A stretch of DNA of 32,000 nucleotides, from contig NC_013849.1 of NCBI RefSeq assembly GCF_000025505.1, positions 990,001-1,022,000 on the forward strand, written 5' to 3'. The translations under genes and the position numbers were made by a program. The notes beneath the pieces are model-generated. The model was not told the DNA's origin and made no database searches. It saw only the letters and a program-made list of their open reading frames with translations. This stretch comes from Ferroglobus placidus DSM 10642 (GTDB lineage: Archaea; Halobacteriota; Archaeoglobi; Archaeoglobales; Archaeoglobaceae). The first letter of the stretch is position 1. Each line of letters opens with the position of its first letter. Positions 1 through 9,408 of this stretch are shown in pieces.

Positions 1-1056
1 CAAATTGAAGAGGGCGTTTTGTTTGGAGCTGGTGTTTGCGAGCTTGAGGTGGAGGTTGCCGAAAAACTTGTTGAGCTGATTCCTTCAGCTGAGATGGTTA
101 CCTTTGTTAATTCCGGCACGGAGGCGACGTATCACGCTATAAGGTTGTCGAGGGCTTACACGGAAAGGGAGAAGATAATCAAGTTCGAAGGCTGCTACCA
201 CGGCTGGCACGATTACGTGGCTTTCAACGTCAATCCACCCAAGGAGAAAATGGGAAGAATTTATCCTCAATCTAGAGGTATACTGAAGGCTGCTTACGAA
301 ACTACGACCGTTTTGCCCTTCAACGACAAGGAAGCTTTTGAAGAGTACATGGCTGAACACGGAGAAGAGGTCGCTGGAGTCATACTCGAGCCGATCCCCC
401 ACAGCGTTGGAGCGATAATTCCGAAAAGAGATTTCCTGAAAAGTTTGAGGAAGGAGACGAAAAGCTATGGATCTGTCTTAATCTTCGATGAGATAATAAC
501 AGCATTCAGACACAACATCCACGGAGTTCAAGAGGAATTCGGAGTAATTCCGGATTTAACCACGATAGGAAAATCTATGGGAAACGGCTATCCAGTAGCG
601 GCGATAGTGGGGAAAGAGGAGATAATGTCGCTGGTGCATAACGGAGTTCTCGTTTCCGGAACTTACAGCGGTCATCCAGCGTCACTTGCGGCTGTGAAAA
701 AGACAATAGAAGTTCTCGAAAGGGAGAAAGTTGTAGAATACATTTCCAAGCTTGGAGAGGAATATAGAAAAGCGATTAAAGATGTTATAGAGGATACGGA
801 AACAAAAGCGAGAGTCGTTGGTTACAAATCAATCTTCGCAATTCAGTTTGCCGAAGGAGAAGTCGTGGACTACTCTTCAGTCGTAGATGTCGACAGAGAG
901 AAGTTCAAAGCTTTTGCGGCGGAGATGAGAAAAAGAGGTATCTTTTTCACGCCGAATCCTCTCAAAAGGTGTCATCTCTCAGCCAAACATAGCGAAAAAG
1001 AGTTGGAGGAGTTCGTGTCTTCAGCTTTCGAAGTTTTGAGGCGAATTGATGCGTAG
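1..1056 (+). CDS. Class-III PLP aminotransferase, glutamate-1-semialdehyde 2,1-aminomutase (HemL)-like; 5' end lies outside the window
   Basis: Frame 1 is open from nt 1 (QIEEGVLFGAG...), so the listed ATG at 19 is internal. Blocks VNSGTEATxxAIRLSR, KFEGCYHGWHD, ILEPI, IFDEI and the PLP-lysine context TIGKSMGNGYP fit the GSA-aminomutase/class-III family. Stop TAG at 1054-1056. Confidence 0.8.
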   Translation, partial: QIEEGVLFGAGVCELEVEVAEKLVELIPSAEMVTFVNSGTEATYHAIRLSRAYTEREKIIKFEGCYHGWHDYVAFNVNPPKEKMGRIYPQSRGILKAAYETTTVLPFNDKEAFEEYMAEHGEEVAGVILEPIPHSVGAIIPKRDFLKSLRKETKSYGSVLIFDEIITAFRHNIHGVQEEFGVIPDLTTIGKSMGNGYPVAAIVGKEEIMSLVHNGVLVSGTYSGHPASLAAVKKTIEVLEREKVVEYISKLGEEYRKAIKDVIEDTETKARVVGYKSIFAIQFAEGEVVDYSSVVDVDREKFKAFAAEMRKRGIFFTPNPLKRCHLSAKHSEKELEEFVSSAFEVLRRIDA

Positions 1057-1072
1057 CTCTTTCTTAGTTACG

Positions 1073-1081
1073 TTTTTTAAA
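1073..1081 (+). promoter_or_regulatory. Putative TATA box of the DUF171/ribosomal-protein super-operon (leaderless-type spacing)
   Basis: TTTTTTAAA is centred about 27 nt upstream of ATG 1104. It lies in the only intergenic gap of more than 12 nt between nt 1057 and 16550. The T6 run could also terminate the upstream gene. Confidence 0.4.
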
Positions 1082-1103
1082 CCTTCTTCAAAATTTTAGG
1101 GAG

Positions 1104-1859
1104 ATGGAGATAGCCATTCCCTCCTCAATCCTCGAGAACGAAAGCGATGATAAGATAAAGACGTTTAAAGTGGGAATAATCGGGAGGGCTGCAGCCATTT
1201 TCAGAGTCGAGAAGATATACATCTACAAAGATCCGAGTAGAGACGATTCGAATTTCATCTCCGAAATTTTAAGATATATGGAGACTCCGCAGTATCTGAG
1301 GAAGTATCTTTTCCCGAGAAGCGAGAAGCTGAGATATGCTGGAGTTTTACAGCCCCTCCAGATTCCTTCCCATAAGCCGAAACATTTAAAAGTCGGTGAA
1401 ATCAGAGAGGGGGTAATCGTCAAAGTTGCTGACGGCACCGCGTGGGCTGATATAGGAATGAAAGCCCTGGCCCTCTTTCGAGGAAAGGCTCGAAAGGGGG
1501 CCCGCGTGACCGTCAGGGTCTGTTCGACGAATCCGTTGGTAGTAGAAGAGGCGAAGCCCGAGGAGTATTGGGGCTTCAAGGTGGAGAAGTGCAGCTTGAA
1601 AAAGCTGCTGAAAAGGGAAGATGCGGTAGTAACTTCCAAGCTCGGATACCATCCGAGTGTGGATGAGATAAAAAAAGTGAATCTGCTCATATTTGGAAGT
1701 CCGAGTAAAGAGGTAAAGGAGATTGCGGACATACTGGGATTAGAATTCGAAGCTAAGATGTGGAACTTGATTCCGAAGCAAGGAGTGAGAAGTGTGAGGG
1801 TAGAGGAGGCTGTGATTAGCTGTCTTTCCGTAATCAATTTCATTAGGGAGGTGTATTGA
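1104..1859 (+). CDS. DUF171/COG2106 SPOUT-class putative RNA methyltransferase (C9orf114/SPOUT1 homologue)
   Basis: The N-terminus IAIPSSIL...KTFKVGIIGRAAAIFRVEKIYIY matches the DUF171 signature. The position immediately upstream of rpl3 is conserved in archaea. Its stop overlaps the rpl3 start. Confidence 0.8.
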   Translation: MEIAIPSSILENESDDKIKTFKVGIIGRAAAIFRVEKIYIYKDPSRDDSNFISEILRYMETPQYLRKYLFPRSEKLRYAGVLQPLQIPSHKPKHLKVGEIREGVIVKVADGTAWADIGMKALALFRGKARKGARVTVRVCSTNPLVVEEAKPEEYWGFKVEKCSLKKLLKREDAVVTSKLGYHPSVDEIKKVNLLIFGSPSKEVKEIADILGLEFEAKMWNLIPKQGVRSVRVEEAVISCLSVINFIREVY

Positions 1860-2848
1860 TGAAGTACCACAGACCGAGAAGGGGTTCCCTCGGATTCTCT
1901 CCGAGAAAGAGAGCGAGTAGTATAATCCCGAGAATTAGAAGCTGGCCAGACTGCGATGAACCAAGACTTCTTGGATTTGCCGGCTACAAAGCGGGAATGA
2001 CCCACGTAATAATGATAGACGACAGAAAGAATTCGCCGACCTATGGAGAAGAGATAATGGTTCCGGTAACAGTTCTCGAAACTCCTCCGATGAAGGTGAT
2101 GGGGATAAGAGTTTACAGAAAAACCGTCTACGGACTGCAAATAGCTGGGGAAGTCTGGACTGACGAAGTCGACAGCTATCTCTCAAGAAGACTTCAGATT
2201 CCGAAGAAGAAAGGAGATGTTGACAAGCTGAAAGAGATTGATGATATTGCGGAGGTTAGAGTTATTACCTACACTCAACCCTACTTGATAACCGGAGTTC
2301 CGAAGAAGGTGCCGGACGTTATGGAACAGAAAGTAGGAGGGGACGTTGAAGCTGCTTTAAATTACGCTATAGAAAAGTTAGGAAAGGAGGTCAGGGTTAA
2401 CGAGGTCTTTAAAGAGGGGGCGTTTATCGACGTTTTAAGCATAACCAAAGGAAAGGGGTTCCAAGGACCGGTGAAAAGGTGGGGAGTAATTACGCTCGAC
2501 GCAAAGCATGCGAGAAGCAGCAAACACAGAAGGGTCGGAACTCTCGGTCCGTGGCATCCCCATAGAGTGAGGTGGACTGTTCCTCAAGCAGGTCAGATGG
2601 GGTTCCACCAGAGAACGGAATACAACAAGAGAATTCTGAAGATAGGGACGAACGGAGAGGACATAAATCCGGAAGGCGGATTTCTGCACTACGGTTTGGT
2701 AAGATCCGACTATGTCCTCGTTTCCGGTAGCGTTCCGGGGAGCGTGAAGAGGCTCGTTAGGATGAGAGACGCTATAAGACCTCCTCAGGCTGTGTATGAG
2801 GGAGTGAACATTCTGTATATTAGCAGAGCTTCGAAGCAGGGTAGGTGA
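1859..2848 (+). CDS. rpl3: 50S ribosomal protein uL3
   Basis: MKYHRPRRGSLGFSPRKRA N-terminus and the KGKGFQGPVKRWG block. SD GGGAGGTG at 1845-1852. ATG 1859 shares its A with the upstream TGA; the ORF track starts 3 nt earlier at TTG 1856. Confidence 0.95.
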   Translation: MKYHRPRRGSLGFSPRKRASSIIPRIRSWPDCDEPRLLGFAGYKAGMTHVIMIDDRKNSPTYGEEIMVPVTVLETPPMKVMGIRVYRKTVYGLQIAGEVWTDEVDSYLSRRLQIPKKKGDVDKLKEIDDIAEVRVITYTQPYLITGVPKKVPDVMEQKVGGDVEAALNYAIEKLGKEVRVNEVFKEGAFIDVLSITKGKGFQGPVKRWGVITLDAKHARSSKHRRVGTLGPWHPHRVRWTVPQAGQMGFHQRTEYNKRILKIGTNGEDINPEGGFLHYGLVRSDYVLVSGSVPGSVKRLVRMRDAIRPPQAVYEGVNILYISRASKQGR

Positions 2849-2853
2849 TCGTG

Positions 2854-3609
2854 ATGAAAGCTAAGGTTTACAGCTTAACCGGAGAAGTTGTAGAAGAGAT
2901 CGAGCTGCCAGCTGCGTTTAACGAGGAGTTTAGACCGGATATAATAAGAAAAGCCGTTCACGCTATTCAAAGTCACAGAAGACAGCCTTACGGACCGAAT
3001 CCTTTAGCCGGAACCGATTACGCCTGGGAAAACTGGGGACCCGGCTACGGATACGCGAGAGTGCCGAGGTGGAAGCTCGGAAGGAGGGCTGTGGTAGTTC
3101 CTCAGGCTGTTGGAGGAAGGAGAGCTCATCCTCCGAAAGTTCAGAAGAAGTGGGCTGAAAAGATAAATAAGAAAGAGATGAGAAAAGCTTTGAGATCGGC
3201 TTTGGCAGCCACGATAAATGAAGAGATTGTTAGAGCGAGAAACCACGTTTTTGAAGGAGAACTGCCCAAGATAGTTGTGGACGATTTTGAAAACTTGAAG
3301 AAGACGAAAGAGATTATAGAAGTTTTCAAAGCCATTGGCGTTTACGCCGATGTCGAGAGGGCTAAGGAAAGGAAGAGGTACAGAGCCGGAAAAGGTAAGA
3401 TGAGGGGGAGGAGGTTCAAAACGAAGAAGAGCGTTCTCGTCGTTGTAAGCAAGGTTTGCGACGCTATGAAGGCTGCTAAAAACCTTGCTGGAGTCGATGT
3501 CGTTCTCGCTAAAGATCTTAACGTGGAGCTTTTAGCTCCCGGTGGACATGCTGGTAGACTGACAGTTTATACTAAATCCGCCATAGCCCAGCTGGGGGAG
3601 AGATTATGA
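2854..3609 (+). CDS. rpl4: 50S ribosomal protein uL4
   Basis: MKAKVYSLTGE..IELP, RRQPYGPNPLAG and GGRRAHPPK blocks. SD GGTAGGTGA at 2841-2848. ATG 2854 is preferred over GTG 2845 in the track. Confidence 0.93.
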   Translation: MKAKVYSLTGEVVEEIELPAAFNEEFRPDIIRKAVHAIQSHRRQPYGPNPLAGTDYAWENWGPGYGYARVPRWKLGRRAVVVPQAVGGRRAHPPKVQKKWAEKINKKEMRKALRSALAATINEEIVRARNHVFEGELPKIVVDDFENLKKTKEIIEVFKAIGVYADVERAKERKRYRAGKGKMRGRRFKTKKSVLVVVSKVCDAMKAAKNLAGVDVVLAKDLNVELLAPGGHAGRLTVYTKSAIAQLGERL

Positions 3610-3854
3610 GGAAGATTAAGTGCTTTCTGATAACCGAAAAAAGCGTCTCGCTCCTTGAGAAAAACATAGTTACAGCCATAGTGGACATAAGGGCGAACAA
3701 AAAGGAGATAAAGAAGGATTTTGAGAAGCTCTTCGGAGTTGAAGTGGAAAGAGTGAACACACTAATAACTCCCAAGGGTGAGAAGAAAGCTTACATCAAG
3801 TTGAAGCCGGAATACTCGGCTGAGGAGTTGCTATCTAAGTTGGGTGTGTTCTGA
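3606..3854 (+). CDS. rpl23: 50S ribosomal protein uL23
   Basis: 82 aa. KKEIKKDFEKLFGVEVERVNTL is the uL23 signature. ATGA start/stop overlap with rpl4. Confidence 0.95.
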   Translation: MRKIKCFLITEKSVSLLEKNIVTAIVDIRANKKEIKKDFEKLFGVEVERVNTLITPKGEKKAYIKLKPEYSAEELLSKLGVF

Positions 3855-3864
3855 GGTGGTGTAA

Positions 3865-4578
3865 ATGGGTAAGAGAATTATTTCCCAAAACCGTGGAAGA
3901 GGAACGCCGACTTACACAGCTCCCTCTCACAAGTATAAGGCTGAAGCCAAGCACATTCCTTTTAAAGACGAGGTTGTTAGGGCGGAGGTTATTGACATCG
4001 TTCACGATCCCGCAAGAAACGGTCCTCTGGCTTTGGTAAGATTTGAGGACGGAAGCAAAGGATACGTTCTGGCTGTAGAGGGAATTGGCACCGGCGATAT
4101 AATAGAAGCTGGAGAAAATGTTGAGATAAAGCCCGGAAATATAACGTATCTTAAGAACATCCCCGAAGGTGTGCCGATTTGCAACATAGAAAACATTCCC
4201 TTCGACGGAGGAAGATTTGCGAGAGCAAGCGGGACTTTTGGATTTGTTGTCGCTCACGAGGAAGACAGAGTTCTCGTTCAGCTTCCCTCGGGAAAGATGA
4301 AGTGGCTCGATCCTAAGTGTAGGGCAATGATTGGAGTTGTAGCTGGAGGAGGAAGAACGGATAAGCCTTTCGTAAAAGCTGGAAAGAAATACCACAAGAT
4401 GAAGAGTAAGGCGGCCAAGTGGCCTCGCGTTAGAGGAGTTGCGATGAACGCAGTTGACCATCCTTTCGGTGGGGGTAAGCACCAGCACGTTGGTAGACCT
4501 AAAACTGTTAGTAGAAACGCTCCTCCGGGTAGGAAGGTAGGTAGTATAGCTGCGAGAAGAACGGGGGTGAGGAAGTAA
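3865..4578 (+). CDS. rpl2: 50S ribosomal protein uL2
   Basis: GGRFARASG and [20 protein letters not shown] signatures. SD GGTGGTG lies upstream of the ATG. Confidence 0.96.
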   Translation: MGKRIISQNRGRGTPTYTAPSHKYKAEAKHIPFKDEVVRAEVIDIVHDPARNGPLALVRFEDGSKGYVLAVEGIGTGDIIEAGENVEIKPGNITYLKNIPEGVPICNIENIPFDGGRFARASGTFGFVVAHEEDRVLVQLPSGKMKWLDPKCRAMIGVVAGGGRTDKPFVKAGKKYHKMKSKAAKWPRVRGVAMNAVDHPFGGGKHQHVGRPKTVSRNAPPGRKVGSIAARRTGVRK

Positions 4579-4979
4579 TGGCGTTAAAGAGTAAGGTTGT
4601 TAGACCGAGAGAATTCAGGTATCGCGGTTACACTCTCGAAGAACTTCAGAAAATGACCCTTGAGCAAATAGCCGAGTTGCTTCCGGCAAGGGAGAGAAGA
4701 AAGCTAAAGAGGGGTTTAACCGAGCAGGAGGAAAAACTTCTCAAAAAATTGAGGAAGAAGGGAGATGCGAGAACCCACTGCAGGGACATGGTGATTTTGC
4801 CGGAAATGGTTGGAAAAGTCGTTTACGTGCACAACGGAAAGGAGTTCGTCAGGGTCGAGATAAAGCCGGAAATGATCGGTCACAGACTTGGCGAATTTGC
4901 TCAAACGAGAAAGTTCGAGAAGCATTCTGGACCTGGAGTTGGAGCTACGAGAAGCAGTAAATACGTGCCGCTGAAGTGA
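4578..4979 (+). CDS. rps19: 30S ribosomal protein uS19
   Basis: [28 protein letters not shown] signature. TAATG overlap with rpl2. Confidence 0.95.
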   Translation: MALKSKVVRPREFRYRGYTLEELQKMTLEQIAELLPARERRKLKRGLTEQEEKLLKKLRKKGDARTHCRDMVILPEMVGKVVYVHNGKEFVRVEIKPEMIGHRLGEFAQTRKFEKHSGPGVGATRSSKYVPLK

Positions 4980-4985
4980 TGGCTT

Positions 4986-5447
4986 ATGGCGCGAGTTAAG
5001 TACGCTTACGAGCCGAAGGACGAGCTGAATTCGGCGAAAGCAATGGGCTACGAAATGGACATTAGTTTCAAGCACGCTGTTGAGATTTGCAGGGAATTGA
5101 AGGGGAAGAAGATAGACGAGGCTATAAAATACCTCGAAGAAGTCATAGAAATGAAGAGAGCGGTTCCTTTCAGAAAGTACAAGAAAAAGGTGGCTCACAG
5201 AAGCGGTTTGCAGAAGTGGTACGCTGGAAGATATCCCGTTAAGGCTGCGAAGCACATACTGAAAGTTCTGAAGAACTTGAAAGCTAACGCAGAGTACAAG
5301 GGGTTGGACGTCGATAAGCTCGTAATAACCCACGCTCAGGCTAAGAAAGGGAGGGTTCTGAAGAAGTACACGCCAAGGGCTTTTGGAAGGGCTACACCTT
5401 GGTTTAAAGTTCTCACTACAGTAGAGTTCGTGGCAGAGGTGAGGTGA
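4986..5447 (+). CDS. rpl22: 50S ribosomal protein uL22
   Basis: AKAMGYEMDISFKHAVEICRELKGK and GRATPW blocks typical of archaeal uL22. Cluster position fits. Confidence 0.95.
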   Translation: MARVKYAYEPKDELNSAKAMGYEMDISFKHAVEICRELKGKKIDEAIKYLEEVIEMKRAVPFRKYKKKVAHRSGLQKWYAGRYPVKAAKHILKVLKNLKANAEYKGLDVDKLVITHAQAKKGRVLKKYTPRAFGRATPWFKVLTTVEFVAEVR

Positions 5448-6118
5448 TGGCAGTAGAGAGGAAGTTCATAGAGGATAAAGTGAAGAAGCTCATGGTTAAG
5501 GAGTGGATAGTAGAAGAAGTGAGAAATGCTGGTTTCGGAGGATTGGATATAGTCAGAACTCCTCTCGGCACCCAAGTCACTCTCTTCGTCGAAAGACCGG
5601 GACTTGTTATAGGAAGAGGAGGAAGAAGGATAAAGGCTCTGACAGAAAAGCTAAAAGAGTTCGGCTTGGACAATCCGCAGATAAGCGTGGATGAGATAGA
5701 CAAACCAGAATTTAACGCCCAGCTAATGGCGTCGCTTCTGGCGAGAGCTTTAGAGAGAGGGTGGTACTTCAGAAAAGCCGGATACAGATTCCTTTACAGA
5801 ATAATGGAGGCTGGAGCAAAGGGCTGCGAAATAGAGATAAGCGGAAAGCTGACGAGCGAGAGGGCGAGAACCGAAAAGTTCATCGCCGGAACTATAATCC
5901 ACACCGGAGATCCAGCCATAACATGCGTGAGGGAAGGATTCGACATAGCGATAAAGAAGCTCGGTGTTTACGGAGTTAGAGTGAGAATAATCCCGCCAGA
6001 TGCGGAGCTGCCAGACGAATTCGTCGTTAAAGATGTGCCAGTGGAGCAGTTGAAGGAGGTTAAAGCAGAAGAGGGAGGTGAAGGCAGTGAAGATGGAGGA
6101 GATCAGGCAAATGAGTAG
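5447..6118 (+). CDS. rps3: 30S ribosomal protein uS3
   Basis: KH-domain block RPGLVIGRGGRRIKALTEKL and an acidic C-terminal tail. ATG 5447 overlaps the rpl22 TGA; the track starts at GTG 5444. Confidence 0.95.
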   Translation: MAVERKFIEDKVKKLMVKEWIVEEVRNAGFGGLDIVRTPLGTQVTLFVERPGLVIGRGGRRIKALTEKLKEFGLDNPQISVDEIDKPEFNAQLMASLLARALERGWYFRKAGYRFLYRIMEAGAKGCEIEISGKLTSERARTEKFIAGTIIHTGDPAITCVREGFDIAIKKLGVYGVRVRIIPPDAELPDEFVVKDVPVEQLKEVKAEEGGEGSEDGGDQANE

Positions 6119-6284
6119 AGAAGAGAAACTAAAAAAATTGGAGGAGCTGGAGAGAGAACTGATAAGGCTCAGAACGCTGGTGAGGAGCGGAGGGTCTCTG
6201 GAGAACCCTATGCAGATAAGGGCTGTAAAAAAGGACATAGCAAGGCTAAAGCTGGCGTTAAGAGAAGAAGGTTACAGGGTGTAG
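6093..6284 (+). CDS. rpl29: 50S ribosomal protein uL29
   Basis: MEEIRQMSREEKLKKLEELERELIRLR and IRAVKKDIARLK. SD GGAGGTGA at 6075-6082 lies 10 nt before ATG 6093; the track starts at GTG 6078. Overlaps the rps3 3' end. Confidence 0.92.
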   Translation: MEEIRQMSREEKLKKLEELERELIRLRTLVRSGGSLENPMQIRAVKKDIARLKLALREEGYRV

Positions 6285-6286
6285 AA

Positions 6287-6562
6287 GTGTTGGCGAGAGA
6301 CTGGATAGGAATGAAAGTGGAAGTTATCGAAAGTCCGAATCCGTGTGAAGTGGGAATTAAAGGAGAGGTTGTAGACGAGACTATGAACACTCTGAAGGTA
6401 AAAACGGAGAAAGGAGTCAAGACGATAATTAAGAAAGGTAGGTGGTTCAAAGTTTACGCGGATAAGGTTTATAAGGTGAAAGGTGATTTGATCAATTTCA
6501 GACCCGAGGAGAGGATAATGAGAGGAATAATCATGCTAAAAAGGAGGAAGGTAGTATGGTGA
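6287..6562 (+). CDS. rnp1: RNase P protein component 1 (Rpp29/Pop4)
   Basis: [14 protein letters not shown]...[16 protein letters not shown] is the Sm-like Rpp29 core. The position between rpl29 and rps17 is conserved in archaea. GTG start. Confidence 0.88.
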   Translation: MLARDWIGMKVEVIESPNPCEVGIKGEVVDETMNTLKVKTEKGVKTIIKKGRWFKVYADKVYKVKGDLINFRPEERIMRGIIMLKRRKVVW

Positions 6563-6876
6563 GAGATATAGGCTTGAACGTTAAGGCTCCGGAGAAGGAG
6601 TGTGATGATAAAAACTGTCCGTTTCACGGTAATCTGTCGGTGAGAGGACAGATACTCACCGGAAGAGTAGTGAAAAGTTACATGAAGACGGCAGTAATCG
6701 AAAGAGAGCTGATAAAATACGTGCCAAAGTACGAGAGGTACATGAAGAAGAGAAGTAAGCTTCACGCCCACAACCCGCCGTGCATAGATGCTAAGCCTGG
6801 AGACATAGTCACGATTGCCGAATGTAGACCGATAAGCAAGACGAAGAGCTTCGTAATCGTGGAGGTGAAGAGATGA
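6556..6876 (+). CDS. rps17: 30S ribosomal protein uS17
   Basis: [10 protein letters not shown] and [18 protein letters not shown] signatures. Confidence 0.95.
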   Translation: MVRDIGLNVKAPEKECDDKNCPFHGNLSVRGQILTGRVVKSYMKTAVIERELIKYVPKYERYMKKRSKLHAHNPPCIDAKPGDIVTIAECRPISKTKSFVIVEVKR

Positions 6877-7271
6877 AGGCAAAGAAGGCTGTTGTGCCGA
6901 GAGCTTTGCCTACAGGAGCTCGTTTAGTATGTGCCGACAACACCGGAGCGAGGGAGCTCGAAATAATAGCTGTGAAGGGGTACAAGGGAGTTAGGAGAAG
7001 GTATCCGGCTGCTGGAGTGGGAGACATAGTTGTCGTGAGCGTGAAGAAGGGGACTCCAGATATAAGGAAGCAGGTTCATTACGCCGTAATAGTAAGGCAG
7101 AGGAAAGAGTACAGAAGACCAGACGGCACGAGAGTGAGATTTGAGGACAACGCTGCCGTGATTACGGATGCAGAGGGAAACCCGAAGGGTAGCGAGATTA
7201 GAGGTCCGGTTGCGAGAGAAGCTGCCGAAAGATTTCCGAAGATAGGTACTATAGCTTCCATAATCGTGTGA
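6873..7271 (+). CDS. rpl14: 50S ribosomal protein uL14
   Basis: [10 protein letters not shown] and [11 protein letters not shown] blocks. ATGA overlap with rps17. Confidence 0.96.
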   Translation: MKAKKAVVPRALPTGARLVCADNTGARELEIIAVKGYKGVRRRYPAAGVGDIVVVSVKKGTPDIRKQVHYAVIVRQRKEYRRPDGTRVRFEDNAAVITDAEGNPKGSEIRGPVAREAAERFPKIGTIASIIV

Positions 7272-7280
7272 GGTGAGGTC

Positions 7281-7643
7281 ATGCCGGTTCCGAAGTCCAA
7301 ACAGCCAAGAAAGCAGAGGAGATGGTTGTTCAAGTTAGCAAAGCTTCACGAAAAGCACAGGCTTCTTCACGCTACTCTCTCGAAAGAGCTTAGAGAGAAG
7401 TACGGAAAGAGAGCTATAAGAGTGAGAAAGGGAGACAAAGTTAAGATACTCAGGGGAGACTTCAAAGGACACGTCGGTAAGGTTGTAGAGGTTGATATGA
7501 AGAGAGTTAGAATTTACGTGGAGGGAGTTACGAATAAAAAAGCTGACGGAACGGAGGTTCTCGTTCCGATTCACCCTTCAAACGTGATGATAGTAGAGCT
7601 CGGGGAAGTGGATGAAGTTAGAAAGAAAATACTTGAGAGGTGA
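7281..7643 (+). CDS. rpl24: 50S ribosomal protein uL24
   Basis: KOW motif [35 protein letters not shown] upstream. Confidence 0.95.
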   Translation: MPVPKSKQPRKQRRWLFKLAKLHEKHRLLHATLSKELREKYGKRAIRVRKGDKVKILRGDFKGHVGKVVEVDMKRVRIYVEGVTNKKADGTEVLVPIHPSNVMIVELGEVDEVRKKILER

Positions 7644-7648
7644 TGCTC

Positions 7649-8347
7649 ATGCATCAAAAGAGACTTTCCGCTCCTAAGACGATTAAAGTTCCGAGGAAAG
7701 TTAGCAAGTGGATAGTTAAACCTTCTCCCGGACCCCACAACAAAGAAGCCGTACCTCTTCTCGTTATAGTTAGAGACTACCTCCAGCTTGCAGATACGGC
7801 AAGAGAGGCGAGAAGAATTATTGCCGCCGGAGAAATCCTCGTCGACGGCGTTCCAAGAAAGGACTACAAGTTCCCGGTTGGGCTTTTTGATGTAGTTAGC
7901 GTTCCAAAGCTCGACCTAAACTACAGAATAGTTTTCGACGAAAAGGGGAGGTACGTTCCAATCGAGATCACCGATCCGGATTTGAAGCTCTACAAGATTA
8001 CCGGAAAGACGATGGTTAAGGGAGGAAGAATTCAGCTGAATTTATTTGACGGAACTAACATTCTGGCGAGTAACGAATACAAGACGAAAGACAGCATTTT
8101 GATGAAAATTCCGGAAAAGGAAATAGTCGATCACCTAAAATTCGAGGAAGGAGCATTGGTTATGGTTACTGGCGGAACTCACGCTGGAGAAATTGGAATT
8201 CTGAAGGAGTACAAAATCGTTAGAAGTTCCGCTCCAAACCTCGTGACGATAGAAGTAGAAGGTAACGAGTTCACGACGATTGAAGATTACGTCTTCGTGA
8301 TAGGGAAGAAGGGAGAGACAAAGCCGGTTATTCAGCTGGGGGTGTGA
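7649..8347 (+). CDS. rps4e: 30S ribosomal protein eS4
   Basis: HQKRLSAPKT, PSPGPH and the KOW-like VMVTGGTHAGEIG block. SD GAGAGGTGA at 7635-7643 lies 5 nt before ATG 7649; the track starts at GTG 7640. Confidence 0.92.
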   Translation: MHQKRLSAPKTIKVPRKVSKWIVKPSPGPHNKEAVPLLVIVRDYLQLADTAREARRIIAAGEILVDGVPRKDYKFPVGLFDVVSVPKLDLNYRIVFDEKGRYVPIEITDPDLKLYKITGKTMVKGGRIQLNLFDGTNILASNEYKTKDSILMKIPEKEIVDHLKFEEGALVMVTGGTHAGEIGILKEYKIVRSSAPNLVTIEVEGNEFTTIEDYVFVIGKKGETKPVIQLGV

Positions 8348-8350
8348 TGA

Positions 8351-8851
8351 GTGAACCCAATGAGGGAAGTGCTCATCGACAAAGTCGTGATAAACATCGG
8401 CGTTGGTGAGAGCGGAGAGAGGCAGAAGAAGGCTTTAAAGCTGCTTGAAGAGCTTACCGGGCAAACTCCTACTTCGACCTACGCTAAAAAGACGATAAAG
8501 AACTTTGGAATTAGAAAGGGTGAGCCGATAGGAGCTAAGGTTACGCTCAGAGGTGAGAAAGCTTTAGAATTTCTCAAAAAGGCGCTGGTTGTTAAAGAAA
8601 ACAGGTTGAGCTCGAGACAGATAGGGGAAGGCGAATTTTCCTTCGGAATTCAGGAACACATAGACATCCCGGGAGTTGAGTACGATCCCGACATGGGCAT
8701 TTTCGGGCTTCAGGTTTGCTGCGTGCTTAAAAGAAGAGGTTACAGAGTGGAGGAGAGAAGGAGATGCAGATCGAAGGTTGGTAGGAAGCATAGAGTAACT
8801 AAAGAGGATACTATCGAATTTCTTAAATCCCTCGGAGTGGAGGTGGAGTGA
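8351..8851 (+). CDS. rpl5: 50S ribosomal protein uL5
   Basis: [14 protein letters not shown] and [13 protein letters not shown] blocks. GTG start 7 nt after GGGGGTG; ATG 8360 is an alternative start. Confidence 0.93.
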   Translation: MNPMREVLIDKVVINIGVGESGERQKKALKLLEELTGQTPTSTYAKKTIKNFGIRKGEPIGAKVTLRGEKALEFLKKALVVKENRLSSRQIGEGEFSFGIQEHIDIPGVEYDPDMGIFGLQVCCVLKRRGYRVEERRRCRSKVGRKHRVTKEDTIEFLKSLGVEVE

Positions 8852-8852
8852 T

Positions 8853-9008
8853 ATGGCTAAAGAGAGAAAGAAGAAATTCGGAAGAGCAGCAAATCCCTGC
8901 AGGAGATGTGGAAGAAAAGCCGGAATCGTTAGGAGGTACGGAATCTACCTTTGCAGACAGTGCTTTAGGGAGGTTGCTGCCGAGCTTGGATTTAAGAAGT
9001 ACTGGTGA
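8853..9008 (+). CDS. rps14: 30S ribosomal protein uS14 (zinc-ribbon type, 51 aa)
   Basis: Not in the supplied ORF track because it is under 60 aa. My manual translation is [51 protein letters not shown], with CxxC...CxxC. It fills the uL5-uS8 gap exactly as in other archaeal spc clusters. Confidence 0.93.
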   Translation: MAKERKKKFGRAANPCRRCGRKAGIVRRYGIYLCRQCFREVAAELGFKKYW

Positions 9009-9018
9009 GGTGGTTTGA

Positions 9019-9408
9019 ATGCTTCACGATACTCTCTCAAATGCCATGAGCGCTATCAAAAATGCGGAAATGGTTGGAAAGAAGAAGGTAGAGATAAAAC
9101 CGGCTTCGAAACTCATAGGAAACGTTCTCAGAGTTATGCAGGAACACGGATACATAGGGGGCTTCGAATACATTGATGATCACAGAGGGGGAAAGTTCAT
9201 AGTCACCCTTCTCGGAAAAATAAACGACTGCGGAGCTATAAGACCAAGATACTCCGTGAAGAGAACTGAATACGAAAAGTTCGAGAAAAGATACCTGCCA
9301 GCGAGAGATTTCGGAATTTTGATCGTCTCTACAACGCAGGGAGTTATGTCGCAAAAAGAGGCTATAGAAAGGGGATTGGGGGGTGTGCTCCTTGCTTACG
9401 TCTATTGA
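9019..9408 (+). CDS. rps8: 30S ribosomal protein uS8
   Basis: [15 protein letters not shown]-terminus and [10 protein letters not shown]-terminus. Confidence 0.95.
   Translation: MLHDTLSNAMSAIKNAEMVGKKKVEIKPASKLIGNVLRVMQEHGYIGGFEYIDDHRGGKFIVTLLGKINDCGAIRPRYSVKRTEYEKFEKRYLPARDFGILIVSTTQGVMSQKEAIERGLGGVLLAYVY

Noticed and set aside
1223-2140. 305-aa ORF on the - strand antisense to DUF171 and rpl3
   Set aside because: It lies entirely opposite two genes with strong family signatures. The translation is low-complexity and Ser/Leu/Phe-rich, as expected from the reverse complement of purine-rich (GAA/AAG/GAG) codons. No SD or promoter is present.
3835-4488. 217-aa - strand ORF antisense to rpl2
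   Set aside because: This is the same antisense artefact. uL2 on the + strand is unambiguous and the - strand product has no recognisable motif.
4716-5333. 205-aa - strand ORF antisense to rps19/rpl22
   Set aside because: It is a shadow ORF of highly expressed purine-rich genes. No start context or family resemblance is present.
8343-8349. GTGATGA strings resembling box C of C/D sRNAs (also near 6602, 7584, 11967)
   Set aside because: They sit inside coding sequence or arise from SD/stop/start junctions (GGTGATGA). No matching D box (CTGA) plus terminal stem is present at an appropriate distance.
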